From positions 1,798,001 through 1,862,000 of the forward strand of contig OZ218954.1 of NCBI GenBank assembly GCA_965112735.1: 64,000 nt of DNA, read 5' to 3'. The notes beneath the pieces were generated by a model. It did not search any database, was not told where the DNA came from, and saw nothing but the letters and a program-made list of their open reading frames with translations. Origin of the DNA: Phaeosaccion multiseriatum. Taxonomy: Eukaryota; Protista; Ochrophyta, other classes. Both the position numbers and the translations under genes were made by a program. Of this stretch, positions 1 through 11,047 are shown one piece after another (within the stretch, counting starts at the first letter, position 1; each line of letters begins with the position of its first letter).

Positions 1-561
1 TGTGTCAGGGGGGGGTGGTGCAAGGGCTAAAGGGAAAGGACGGAGGGAGGCAGCAGCGAGTGGGAGAGACGCAGGGAGTGGGAGAGAGGGAGGGGGGTAG
101 GGGGGAGGGAGGGAGGGAGGGAGGGAGGGAGGGAGGATTCGAGAGGATGAAGGTCACGCAGGGAGTGGGGGAGGGAGGGAGGGAGGGAGGGGGGGTGGGA
201 GGAAGAGAGGGAGGGGGGCAGGGAAGGCGGAGCGCCTCTTACGTCATAACGGGCGTGCAAGAGTTGAGTTTTAGTTTGTTTCTCTCTCTCGAAACTGAAA
301 CTGAACCTGGACGAAACCACCATGAGCGTGAACGACGAGGAGCAAAGAGGTACGGAATCACATCCCAAATGCTTTGAGGTGGGAAGCAATAGACGAGAGG
401 AGAAAGAGAGAGTAAAGAGAGAGTGTGCGTGTGCGTGTGTGTGTGAGAGAGAGAGAGAGAAAGAGAGCCGAGGGGACGAGAGAAGGGGAGAAGAGGAGAG
501 AAAGCCTCCATTGGGTTAGGGGGGGCCAGAGCCCTGGTCCCCAGTAAGCACGAGGGCCCTA

Positions 562-1123
562 ATGAAGTCCTCCATACGGGAACCACTCCTCCTCCTCCTC
601 CTCCTCGTCGTCATCGCGGGCAACTTCGCCGTCGTCTGCAGTCAGAGGTCTTCATCCTTCAACACGTACGCAGCATCAGGGGCAGGAGGGGGAGGACTCG
701 CCATCGCCATTGGCAGCTCGCTTCCACATCCTCTGGATCACGACGAGGCGCGATACAGCAGCAGCAGCAGCAGCAGTAGTAGTAGCGGGAAGGCCTCTGT
801 GACGCGCCATCCCCTCTTCCTCCTCCGTGGTGGTGGTGGCGGTGACGGCGGAGCACCGAGAAGCGGAGAGGGCCAGTACCTACCGCCTCACAACGACCCT
901 AGACTCAAGGCCGTGGTCGCTTCTCTCTCCACGGCCAAGGCCAGGCCGGGCACGGAGAGCAAGCCTTGGTGGGAGGAGACGAGGAGGGGTCGCGGGTCCG
1001 GGCCTTCCTTTCCGGTGACACAGTCACCGCAGGCTCAGCCATCGCTGCTAACACAGCCCTCCACAGCTGACGTCGGCGAGCCCTGGTGGGAAGAAGGCGG
1101 CGGGAAGGCAGCAAAAGGGAGAC

Positions 1124-1163
<40 letters not shown>

Positions 1164-2335
1164 GTCTCTCGCTGCTCGGCAGCAAGCTACCGCAAACGCG
1201 TGGTGGTGCGGCGGCGTGAGCAGTCGCGGCAAAGGAGGGGGTGGTGGTTTAAGCTCCCTTGGCAGCACCCCGACTGCGGCACTCCTGTTGGCCCTGGCCG
1301 CCCCTGCTCTGGTCATAGTCCTCTCGAACTCGGACACAGACTTCGCTGCCGCAGGGCAGAGAGAGAAGGAGAAGGAGCGGAAGCAGAAGCAAAAGCAAAA
1401 GCAGAGAGCTGCTGCAGCAGCAGTGGCAGAAAGCCAGTCAGCGGCACTAGAAAAGGCGAAAGCAAAGGCGGCACAGAGCAGGGCGGCCGAAAGCCAGGCA
1501 GCGGCTCAAGCACGGACCAAGGCAAAGGCGACGCAGAGCAAGGCAGTAGCAGTGGCAGCAGTGCAAGCGGAGAAGGTCCGAGCGGCGGCTGCAAAGCAGT
1601 CCAAGGCCCCAAAGGCCAAGAAAGCCCCCCCTGCCCCCAAGAAGCAGCAGCAGACGCAACGCCCCCCCCCTGCCTCGGCCTTCTCCAAGCCTGTGCCGAC
1701 TCCCTCTGCCGTCAAGAAAATGAGTCCGAAAAGCAAGGCTCGACCTCTATCCCCCCAGGGGAAAGCGCTGAAGGTAAGGAAGGGACCGAACTGATACACT
1801 CCCCGTAATATTGTATCAACCCCCCTCTCCCTACATGATTTGGTGTATAGTCGGCACCCTCCCTCTCTGCCCCCCCACCCGTGCATCTGCTTATTGCGTT
1901 GCTCTCTTCGTCCCCTCCCGTACGGTATCTGCTCCCTCCCCCCGCCCCTCTGAGCAGCACCAATCCGACCTGCGCACAGGGGCCACTCTGCTGGCGGCCG
2001 TGGGCAGCTCCTGGTTCATCAATCACCTCCGTATGCGGAACACCTTCATATCCTCGTGGAGGGTGCCCTTTATCGAGCCCTGGCAAGCGCTAGTGGCGTC
2101 GACCTTCTGTCTGCAGTTGTGGGCGGTGTCGCGGCCGGGAAGGTGAGGCCATGAGGCTCTTCTCTTGTGTTCCATGTGCAGTGCAGTGCAGAGGGCTTGA
2201 TTGATTGGGTGGGAGAGAGACCGGTGGGGGAGGCTCCCTTTGGCTCTCCCACTCGCCTCTGGTTTTTGTACACGAAGCGAGTAGGATCTAACCGAAGCGA
2301 GGGGTGAATACCATTCGCATCGGCTCCTGGGAAAG

Positions 2336-2376
<41 letters not shown>

Positions 2377-2394
2377 CACACACACACACACACA

Positions 2395-2429
<35 letters not shown>

Positions 2430-2762
2430 CGAAGTCGGGGTACACACGAGCAGTAGTAGCGCTCCACGCCAAGGCTGCTGCCACGAACGCTCACGCATGC
2501 ACCGTGCACACCTGCGCCCGCACACACGCCGCTTACACGCGTCTTGCACCTTTGTATCCTATTTGCCATTGGGTCGCACAGATTGGACGGAACTGAAGCC
2601 CAGTCCCGCACGCTGTCCGGCGGGCCGCGCTTCTTCACGCCTGCGGGCTGGGCCTTCGCTATCTGGGGGCCTATCTTCCTCGGCGAGATTATCTACACCA
2701 TCTACCAGCTGCTACCCCAGGGGCCCTTTTGGCTCGCGGACCAGAGCCCATTCTTCGCCATC

Positions 2763-2808
<46 letters not shown>

Positions 2809-3954
2809 GATGGTTGCGTGTGTTTCTCGCGCCCTTTCCGTAGAGAGCGCACAATCTCTTCGACAACGAAGGGCGGTCGGTCGGTCGGTCGGTCGGTCGG
2901 TCGGTCGGTCGGTCGGTCGGTCGGTCGGTCGGTCGGTCGGTCGGTCGGTCGGTCGGTCGGTCGGTCGGTCGGTCGGTCGGGCCCGCAGTGCGTGCTGCAC
3001 GGGTGTGAGACAAACACACTTTTAACAAGCGTGCTTCCCCCGCGCTCTCTCTCTGTCAGCTGTATTTTGTGTGCTATCGTAACCCTCTCTCTCTCTCTCT
3101 CTCTCCCTCACTCACTCCCACCCCCCTCACTCCCTCCCTTCCCCTCCCTCTTCTCTACCCTCCCTCGCTGTCGTCAGCCATGCTGCTCCAGACGCTGTGG
3201 TGCTTCGCTTTCCGGCCTTGGGCGCAAGACTCGGGTCGGCTCTGGCTCTCTGCGGGCCTGCTGGGGGGGACTGCGGTTGCTCTGGGAGGGGCACACAACG
3301 TACTGCGTGTGGCCGCTCGAGACGGGGACATTTCACCTCTGCAATGGCTGCTGGTGCACCTACCCATCTCGCTACACTTTGGCTGGATCAGCGCCGCCTC
3401 TCTGGTCAACCTCAACGGCTACGTGGCCACTACCAAAAGGGCCTCCTCCTCCCCGGGGGCGGGACTGGCGGTGTCCATCCTCTCCTGCTACTTGGCTGCC
3501 GCCCTGGGCATTGCTGTATCCCTGCTCCAGGTAGAGTTGACAGTTGACAGAGACATGTCTGTCTGTTGTCGGTTGTGGTATTGTCTTGTCTTTTACTGTT
3601 CGTTGTTTGCTTTGCATGAGGCGCGACCGTTGACGAAATCCATGAATGTATTTCTTTTCACTGTCTGTCAAACAGAAGCAACTCACACCCCGAATGCCTT
3701 CCCATGCCCTCATCCTCCCCACAACACGTCCATGACTCGTGTTCAAGGGCGACCCGGTGTACGCCTTGGTACTGGCGTGGGCCCTACGCGCCGTGAGCGA
3801 CCCCAGGGGGTGGAAGAACCTTCGCGGAGTCGTGCCAGACACGTCGCTCAGGGCGCAAGCCGTTACGGCCAAGGGGACGTCAGCTGTACTCGCGCTGGTG
3901 GGAATCGGCATGACTGTCAGCCACCTGGCCACCTGGCTCAGTGGGCGTTATTGA
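562..3954 (+). CDS. TspO/MBR-related (tryptophan-rich sensory-like) multi-pass membrane protein with N-terminal signal peptide and long low-complexity extension; 5 exons, ~712 aa
   Basis: Exons 562-1773, 1958-2142, 2582-2763, 3178-3530, 3748-3954 join in frame through GT-AG introns (total 2139 nt). Motifs [33 protein letters not shown] and [15 protein letters not shown] are typical of TspO-like membrane proteins. Family assignment is from recalled motifs, not a search. Confidence 0.75.
2336..2428. repeat. (CA)n microsatellite in intron 2 of the TspO-like gene
   Basis: Directly visible. Confidence 0.95.
2874..2980. repeat. (TCGG)n tetranucleotide microsatellite in intron 3 of the TspO-like gene
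   Basis: About 26 perfect TCGG units, visible directly. Confidence 0.95.
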
Positions 3955-4625
3955 GACACACGAAGCAAATGAAATCGATCGGTGTGGCGCTTCTGTTGTT
4001 CTTCTCGTCGATCAGAGAGCAGCGGCAGAAGCTGAAGAGAGGGTCGGGGGGGGAGGTACGAACAAAGAGAGAGGAGTTTTTTGTGTTTCGTGGTTGCTTG
4101 TCGCCGGAGAGGCACGCAATTGACCGCCGGGAGGTCCCATTACATGTATAGTTTATGTTATTAATGCGCAATGGCGTACATGCCGGCACGAAGCCTTCAA
4201 TTGGAATTCATCACCCACACCATTCACATAACCCCTCATACCCCCCCCTCTGCGCCCGATGTCATACAATTTGTCATAATACAGGTTGTTTTTACATGCA
4301 AAAGCAAGCACAAGCACCCACGTGTGCTGCCTTCGCTCTCCCTCCCGGCCCTCCTCAGAGTAGAATAGGCCCTTTAGGCCCCTTTAGGCGCCGCCGCCCC
4401 CAATCCCAGTCCCTATGCTCAAGTCTTTGTACATGGGTGCTCACTTTCCGGCCCATCATTTCAAGGGACTCGTAGCCGAAAAGAAGCCTCGAGTAAGTAC
4501 AATGTCTCACTGCCACGGCTTTCCACCAAAGAATGCTCTGCTGAAAGAATACCCCCCCCCCCCCCCCCGCCATTTTGTGTACAAGCAGTGAATACAACAC
4601 AATGTAGAACGCGTGGCCGACCTTT

Positions 4626-5717
4626 TCAAACGCCAGCTGCGTCCTCCTCCCCAGCACCAGCACGCCTGATGTTCTTCCACAGCTTCCACGCCTTTGTCTT
4701 GAGGTTCTGTACATCACCAGCAGGAGGGAGCTGACCCATCGGCATCGGAGGCGGAGACTGAAGGAGTGTCGCCTCGGCTTCCAGGGCCTTATCCAAGGCC
4801 AGCTGAAGCAAGCATTCAATGTCCTTCTTCACCTGTTTGACCAGCTTTTTCTCCAGGGCCCTGCGCAAGGCATTCACGATCATATCGGAGCCGCGGAACA
4901 CATTTACTTCATCGGCGGATGCCCCCACAGCGACGGAGACGGCCGTGGACGACAAGGCACCGGAGATGCTGCCCTCTTCGGATGATTTCCTTGCCGAGCC
5001 AGGCTTCGTGAGTCTGGGCTCCATTTTCACGACAAAAGAGGTTTCGATGTGCCCCCCGAGCAGATCAGCCTTGGAGACAGCAAAGCTGCTGTAGCACTTT
5101 AAGCCCTCAGACAGTGATTCAGCAAAGTTCACCTGTTCCACGTTCATTGTCGACGACCCTAAGCCCGGAATGCTTAGAGGCAGGACCACTTGCGAAAGGC
5201 GACGGTGCATGCGAGGTTCTTGCTGCTGGGGCTGCTGACGAGAGAAAAGGCCCCCACTCGCAACGCTCAACGCAGCCGCCAGATCCGGTCCCCTCCCACT
5301 ATCGCTGCCGCCGCCTCCCCGCAGCCCCATCCCCTCCTTGTGCTGCTGTCGTGCTTCGAAAAGAGTCTCCTCCCAGCCACCAATGTCGACGCTCAACTCC
5401 TGAGAGCGTTCCCGCCGCATCCCCTCGTTCGACTTTGCGCTACCCCGCTTCCCTTTACCCCCTTTCTTGGATCCCTCCTTCCTCTCGTGCAGAGCAAAGT
5501 AGGCGTGCAGGACATCCGAGCTTGACAAGGCTTCGAGGAGCTTCGCGGGAGGAACGTCATATATCTCTTCCTTTATCACGTCCTGCAGGCTCCCACGAAA
5601 CCCAAAGGTACCTGCGAACGAGGGAGTGCGTGGAGCACTCCCGTACACCTTCATCACCCCCATGCCTAATAGAACAACCGCCATCCCTAAAAACGCGAAC
5701 ATCTTATTCGCTGCCAT
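4626..5717 (-). CDS. Hypothetical protein with N-terminal signal/anchor; possible VASt/START-like lipid-binding fold; single exon, 363 aa
   Basis: Uninterrupted ATG-initiated ORF with hydrophobic N-terminus (MAANKMFAFLGMAVVLLGMG). The pattern GGW...RRLSQVVLPL..PG..STM.VEQ followed by beta strands and a C-terminal helix loosely resembles VASt (weak). Confidence 0.65.
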   Translation of the reverse strand: MAANKMFAFLGMAVVLLGMGVMKVYGSAPRTPSFAGTFGFRGSLQDVIKEEIYDVPPAKLLEALSSSDVLHAYFALHERKEGSKKGGKGKRGSAKSNEGMRRERSQELSVDIGGWEETLFEARQQHKEGMGLRGGGGSDSGRGPDLAAALSVASGGLFSRQQPQQQEPRMHRRLSQVVLPLSIPGLGSSTMNVEQVNFAESLSEGLKCYSSFAVSKADLLGGHIETSFVVKMEPRLTKPGSARKSSEEGSISGALSSTAVSVAVGASADEVNVFRGSDMIVNALRRALEKKLVKQVKKDIECLLQLALDKALEAEATLLQSPPPMPMGQLPPAGDVQNLKTKAWKLWKNIRRAGAGEEDAAGV

Positions 5718-6612
5718 GTCTTCTTTTTGGTTAGCTGAAGTTGGCTGAGTCTACTCCCGTTTCTCTTTTTGGATACCCGTCACGCAGTGTGGGTAACAAC
5801 CGTTGGATCCCCGTTGTCAAAAAAAAATGTAACGCTCTTCAAGTTGAAACTGAAGTTTAGGCGGGTCGGGGAGGGAGGAGGAAACCATGTGTTCGTTTCT
5901 CACCCCGGTACGGGCCTGGTGTGAGTGCCGACCTCACCCACTGCATGTTCATGTCTCATATCATCACTCTGACGACAGACACAAAGAGCGCATGGCAGCA
6001 TCTTGAGTCAGAGTGTGCCGGCGCTCACTCAGGCACCCATGCTCCCACTCACCCCCTCCCTTACTCCCTTGCCCGCTCTTCGATGCTCAAACGTGCGCAC
6101 TCGCTCCCTCTCACAACCACGCACGCGCACAGCGCACACGCACACACTCACTCACGGACGTGCGCGGGGCGTGAGACATTCTGCGCGATGGTCTTGCGCG
6201 CCTGCTGCAGGATGAGAAGTACTCTTTCCACCCACGCCCCCACATCAACATCTCGAAAGTACCACACAGGTAGGTACCTTCAGGCCATCTCGAAAGCAAC
6301 ATACAGCTCCCCCTTCAGGCACCACTCAGCCCCCCCTTCAGGCCATCTCCTCATCTCCTCATTTCCACATTTCCACTTGTGGGTGCCCCAGTGGCCTTGG
6401 CTGAGAGGCGGTTGATGCGGGTGCGGGGTATAGAGAGGCACATTGACCGGCCTAGAGCGGCTCGAGGCCTCTAGGCCCGCCTCTGGTTGCCTGCCTCACA
6501 GGTTCTGGCTGCTTTGTCACTCTTGCTGTGCTCCTGTGGACAGCCCTGTGGACAGCCCATTGCCCTCCGCGGCCAGGCGGGAGTGGCCAAGAGAGCATTC
6601 CTCGGGCTCTCA

Positions 6613-7032
6613 TCAGTCTTTAGCGGCCGCTGCCTCTGCCGCTGCTGCTGCCACTCCCGCCACTACTTGTCCCTCTTCTCGTACATCTTCTGCGCGCCCA
6701 AGTGACCCTAGGGATCCCGGGCCAAACACCTTGGCCTGGTCGTTCTCCGTGAGCAACGCCACAATGGGGTACGCTCTCCTCATGGCTTGAAAGGCCGCCA
6801 GTAGCCTCTCGACGGCCTCGAAAGGAAGCCCCTGTAGACCCTTGTCAAGGTCGTCCGCCTCGAAGCGTGGCCCCTGCTGTGCGGCCCCTTCAGCCCCCAC
6901 CCCCAACGCCAGCGCCCGGCTCGCTTCGTGCCCGAGTAGGCCGGCCAGAGGCGCCCCAGGGCCAAAGGACTGCACATCCCGGGCCACGTCGAACACCACC
7001 CCCTGTACGCTCACCATCCGAGGGCGGCTGCG

Positions 7033-7063
<31 letters not shown>

Positions 7064-8014
7064 TCTTCACCCCCCCGGGCTGTGGGGCTACACGAAGCAC
7101 TTGAGACGTCATCCCCGCCATGCCTCCGCAGCACGTCGAGAGACATGGCGGGGGCCGTCGCTAGAGCCGCCTCCACGCGCTGCTCTGGTGTCATCATGCC
7201 TGCTTCTCCCCTGCTGCTCCCTCCGTATCCGAGGGGGCACACTGCACCAGCCGCCTCCACGCGATGCTCTGGTGTCATCATGCCTGCTTCTCCCCTGCTG
7301 CTCCCTCCGTATCCGAGGGGGCACACTGCGCCACTGCGAGAGGAAGTCGCTCCGTGGCCCATTGGACATTCTGCCTTTGCGGCTTCCCCTGCCCCTGTCC
7401 CTGATTTCCCACCGAGACGCATACACCCAGTCGCCGCGTCGGTATCTTGCGCCACCAAGCGGCCCACGACAGGGTACTTGGCCTGGAACCTACCAACCCA
7501 GCTCTTCTCCACCTCCGCCACATGTTTGGGCTCCGGGGCCTGCTCCAGAGCGGTTGGACTCATGTCCATTGTGGCGAGAGATCGAGTCGCATCTCTGTTT
7601 ACAAGCGCGTGGTATCTGCAAGAAAAGTGCAAATGAGTGGGCGGTATGTCAGGGAGAAGAGCCGCACCCATGGTCAGTGTTTGGTCACCTCCCTGACACT
7701 AGCCAATGGCAGCGAGTCTTGCCCCACCTTCCCTCAGAAGATTATCCGCAGATCGGCTCCCTCACCGACTCATCCTCCTCTCCCTCTCTCTCATGGAACT
7801 AGCGCACTTACGGTCCTCCAGGTGCGTACATGTCACCTCCGCTGACGTCATACACCAAACCGGCTAGAGCCACGTAGACTCCTGTTTGGGGGTAAGTCTC
7901 TGCGCCGCTCTGGTCGGCGGCCATGTCGGGTCCCTCCCGCGCACAGGGAGAGAGGACTCCATCCACACAGATGAAGAGGAGCCCTGCCGACCCCAAGGCT
8001 CCCTCTTGCCCCAT
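6613..8014 (-). CDS. Cytochrome b5-like heme/steroid-binding (MAPR-type) protein with two domains and CP heme-regulatory-like motifs; ~401 aa
   Basis: Exons 8014-7812 and 7615-6613 (GT-AG intron 7811-7616). Domain 1: VYVALAGLVYDVS..MYAPGGPYHALVNRDATRSLA...W..RFQAKYPVVGRL. Domain 2: MVSVQGVVFDVA...FGPGAPLAGLLGHEASRALA...AYPIVALL. The start codon follows a probable 5'-UTR intron (8127-8015), so the start is uncertain. Confidence 0.8.
7165..7329 (-). repeat. Exonic 84-bp tandem duplication encoding GAVCPLGYGGSSRGEAGMMTPE(H/Q)RVEAA x2
   Basis: Two near-identical copies starting at 7165 and 7249. Confidence 0.9.
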
Positions 8015-8933
8015 CTGTTTACTGGGCGCCAGATAGAAGGGGCTACGGGACAGGGAAGGGAAGGGGGAAAGGACGGGCGGGCGGGCGGGAGGCACGGAGT
8101 ACAACACGGGAGTCACAAATGGTTCACCTTCGATGAAGGATTTTGCGAGCGAGGAGGAAAAACAAGAGTGAAAGTTAGTAAAGTAGAAAAAAGTAAAATA
8201 ATAATTACAAGAGTTAAAAGCTAACATTGAAATCGGCCCCAAGCGGGTTGGTCGGGGGCTAATTGAGCTGAAAACTGACTCGTCCTCTCTCTCCTCTCCA
8301 CCCCTATCTGGCGCCACTCTTCCCTCTCCCATGGCCTCCGTCCGCAACGAACGAACATGGTTTGTATCTGGCTTTCGAGGACAGCCCGCCTGCTTACTCC
8401 CACCTATGGTCTCCCTATTCCCTATAACTGTCGGAGTAAGCGCAAGGGGAATCAGCTGACCGGCTACCGCAGAATAAAAAGGTCGGAAGCACGTCATCAG
8501 GTGTGGACCAGGAGACTTGCACACCCTCAGTGGCCAGGGCTTGCTCTGAACAGCGTTCCCACCCTCTACCCACTTGCTGGAAAGTCTCTGCAGCCGCTCC
8601 GACGGTCTGAGCCGCACCGCCAATCAACGTGGTAGGTCGGCAGACTCCTTCGCAATTGCAGACAACAAGGCGTGTTGGCTCTCCACCTCCGCTGAACGGC
8701 CCAAAGAGGGCTTTGAGGCCTTCCTTCTCAAGGGAAAGGCTGCTGGAGAATGCAAAGTCGGACATGTGTAGCTCGAGATGACCGAGGGTGGGGTGGGGTG
8801 CCACACGCCCCTACACATGTCCACTGTGCCGACCCACGCTCTTTTCGCCACGTGCTCGGCAGAAGAAGTGCATTCAGCTGAGTCGGTGGACATCTACACG
8901 GAAGAGTAGACAGAAACGGCACCAACATGTGTC

Positions 8934-10757
8934 TCAGCCTTCCTTGGGCCCTCCTTCCTTCGAAGGCTGCTGCTGAGCGCGCTGCGCCTTCTCTAGTCTC
9001 TCCCTGCGAGCCACGAGGACACAACAACATCAAGGAGGTGAGAGTAAAGTGGGGGGGTGGGGGAAATGAGCTCGCCAGCTGGGGAGCGAAGGGTAGAGAG
9101 ACCGAGTCAATCAGGTGCCATGCCTCAGGAGGAAATCGAGGCCTGCCATTCAAGCAGTCGAGTAGCAGCGGCCCACACACCTCTGCTTGTCTTTGATGAG
9201 CTGGCGGCGCTCTTCCGCCTTGCGCTGGCGCTCCTCCTTCGCACTCCTGCTGGACTTGGCCTCCGCCTGTGCGTAAAGTCAGCAAAGTCAAACAGGGCAA
9301 CATAGCACACGTAACGAACCCGTCGTGCCCCTCACGCAGACTCCTGCGAGCTCTCTCCTCCCCTCTCCTCCCCGCCCCTCTCCTCTCCTCTCACCTGCAC
9401 GTCTTTGATGTACTCCTTCTCCTGTCCCGTAAGCGTCAGCTCCCACTTGCTCGTCACCCTCGCCCCGTCCGCCGCGCCGCCCTCTTCCCTCCTGCTGCTT
9501 GCCGCCCCCTTCTTCTTGTCCAGCCCCACCATCTCGTCCAGCAGCTGTGCTGCGGTCTTTTTGGCAGCAGCCTCCTGCGTCCCGTCCACATCATCGTCTC
9601 CCCCCGTCCGGCTGTCATACGAGCGGCGAACGTGGTCGTCCTCTGTCCGGCCTCTCCCACTCCCCCATAGGAACTGCTGCTGCTGCTGCGTACGCTCATC
9701 AACGTCGTCTTGCGAGGAGGCCGCGGACTGGGCCAGGCCCCACGCCTTGTCTCGATCGTGGCGCCGCCGGTCCTCTTCTCTCTTCTCCGCCTCCCGCCTC
9801 CTCTGCTCTCTCAAGGACCGCCTGTACTCGTTGTATTCGGTCCCTCCCCGCCTCACCACTCGGCTCCGACCAAACTCATCGACGATCTCTACTTCCTCGT
9901 CGTCGCCCCCTCCTCCTGCAGGGCAAAGAGTGAATGAGTGAGTGAGCCGCGGTGGATGTCGTTAAGTGGGGTTATTGATCAGCGGTAAGTCGTGCGTCGC
10001 ATAAGTCAGCTAGAGCCTAGGGAGTTTACCAGCCTAACCTCACCAGGGCAAGGTGGAGACTGCCAATTACACACGATTGGGTTCGCTTACCTTCGTCCCA
10101 GCTCTCCTCGTCGTCCTCTCTACCAGCCACCCTATCCAAGTCCTCGTCTCTCTTCTCCGAGAAGTTTACAAGGAAGGCGCTGCTCTCTCTAGAGCTCAGC
10201 TCTCCTTTGGCTGGGGCACGGGGAAGAGGTCAGAGAGCGAGAGGAGGGGGGGTGGAGGGCACAGCGTAGGTCAGAAGGTCGGAAGCTTGAAGGAGGAAGA
10301 AAGGGAAGCAAAGAGGGAATCCCCACATCGCCCACACCATCTCCACACCTGTCCGCTTTCACTCACCTATCTTCTCGTAAAGCCTGGCCTTCGCCTCCAG
10401 CATAGCTCCCGCTTTCCTCTTCTTCCCCTTTCTTCTTTCCTTGTCTCGCTCATTCCTCTCCTCCATCCCCCTGTTGGTCCTCGCAAACACGTCCTTCTTG
10501 TCCTTGGCGCTCTGCACTGCCCTCCGGGAGGCATACCCCGCCCCCCGCAGCGCTCGCAAGTCCGCCTCCCTCGTTCCTCCGCCACCCTCCCCGTCTCCTC
10601 CTCCCCCTCTCCTCCTCTTGTCCTGCTCCTGCCGCTGCTTCTCCTCTTTCTCGAAGACGAGCGCCTTCAGATCAACTATGCTGGCACCATCGACGTTCTT
10701 GATGGCCTTGGCCTTGCTGGGCAACAGCGCACTCTCTGTCAAAAAGCCGAGCGACAT
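8934..10757 (-). CDS. CCDC174: CCDC174-like coiled-coil protein; 5 exons, ~395 aa
   Basis: Exons 10757-10367, 10210-10091, 9915-9395, 9266-9181, 9003-8934 are in frame (1188 nt). Motifs SLGFLTESALLP, ASIVDLKA, NRGMEERNERD, LEAKARLYEKI, FLVNFSEK and EIVDEFGRSR match the recalled CCDC174 family pattern. Confidence 0.75.
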
Positions 10758-11047
10758 TGTCCTTCACTGCTGGGGGGCGGGCAGATGCCTCTGCTTCGTC
10801 TCTGGCCCGTCTCTGGCCCGTCTCTGTTTGTCTCTAGCCCGCCCTCGGAGGAATGTATTGATCGGAGTGCTTGCCTTTTAATTGCTTAGGGCTGGGCTGT
10901 TCAACACTTGGCGATCATTCAACAACATCCACGCTTTGATTTAACACATCTGCGCTGCTTGCATCGGAGTACTTGCGAGGTGCCAAGCTTCCCGTGAAAG
11001 GGAGAGCGTCAGAGGGACGCAGTGCAAGAGAGGGTAAAAAAGAGGGG
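10758..11047. promoter_or_regulatory. Probable bidirectional promoter between divergent CCDC174-like and ANTH genes
   Basis: Two predicted start codons are ~290 bp apart, head-to-head, with a locally more AT-rich core. Confidence 0.45.

Noticed and set aside
1-520. Possible exon (ATG at 322 followed by AG|GTACGG) or a minus-strand gene fragment
   Set aside because: No recognisable product or partner exon; the region is dominated by GGGA/GA repeats and truncated by the window edge.
6449-6477. 9-bp inverted repeat GGCCTAGAG...CTCTAGGCC (also an 8-bp hairpin at ~39532-39556)
   Set aside because: Too short to be significant in 64 kb of GC-rich DNA; no U-tract or known RNA signature.
8128-8623. 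Upstream part of the 7808-8623 minus-strand ORF as an N-terminal extension of the MAPR protein
   Set aside because: It crosses an AT-rich promoter-like stretch and a probable intron (8127-8015); the translation does not look protein-like.
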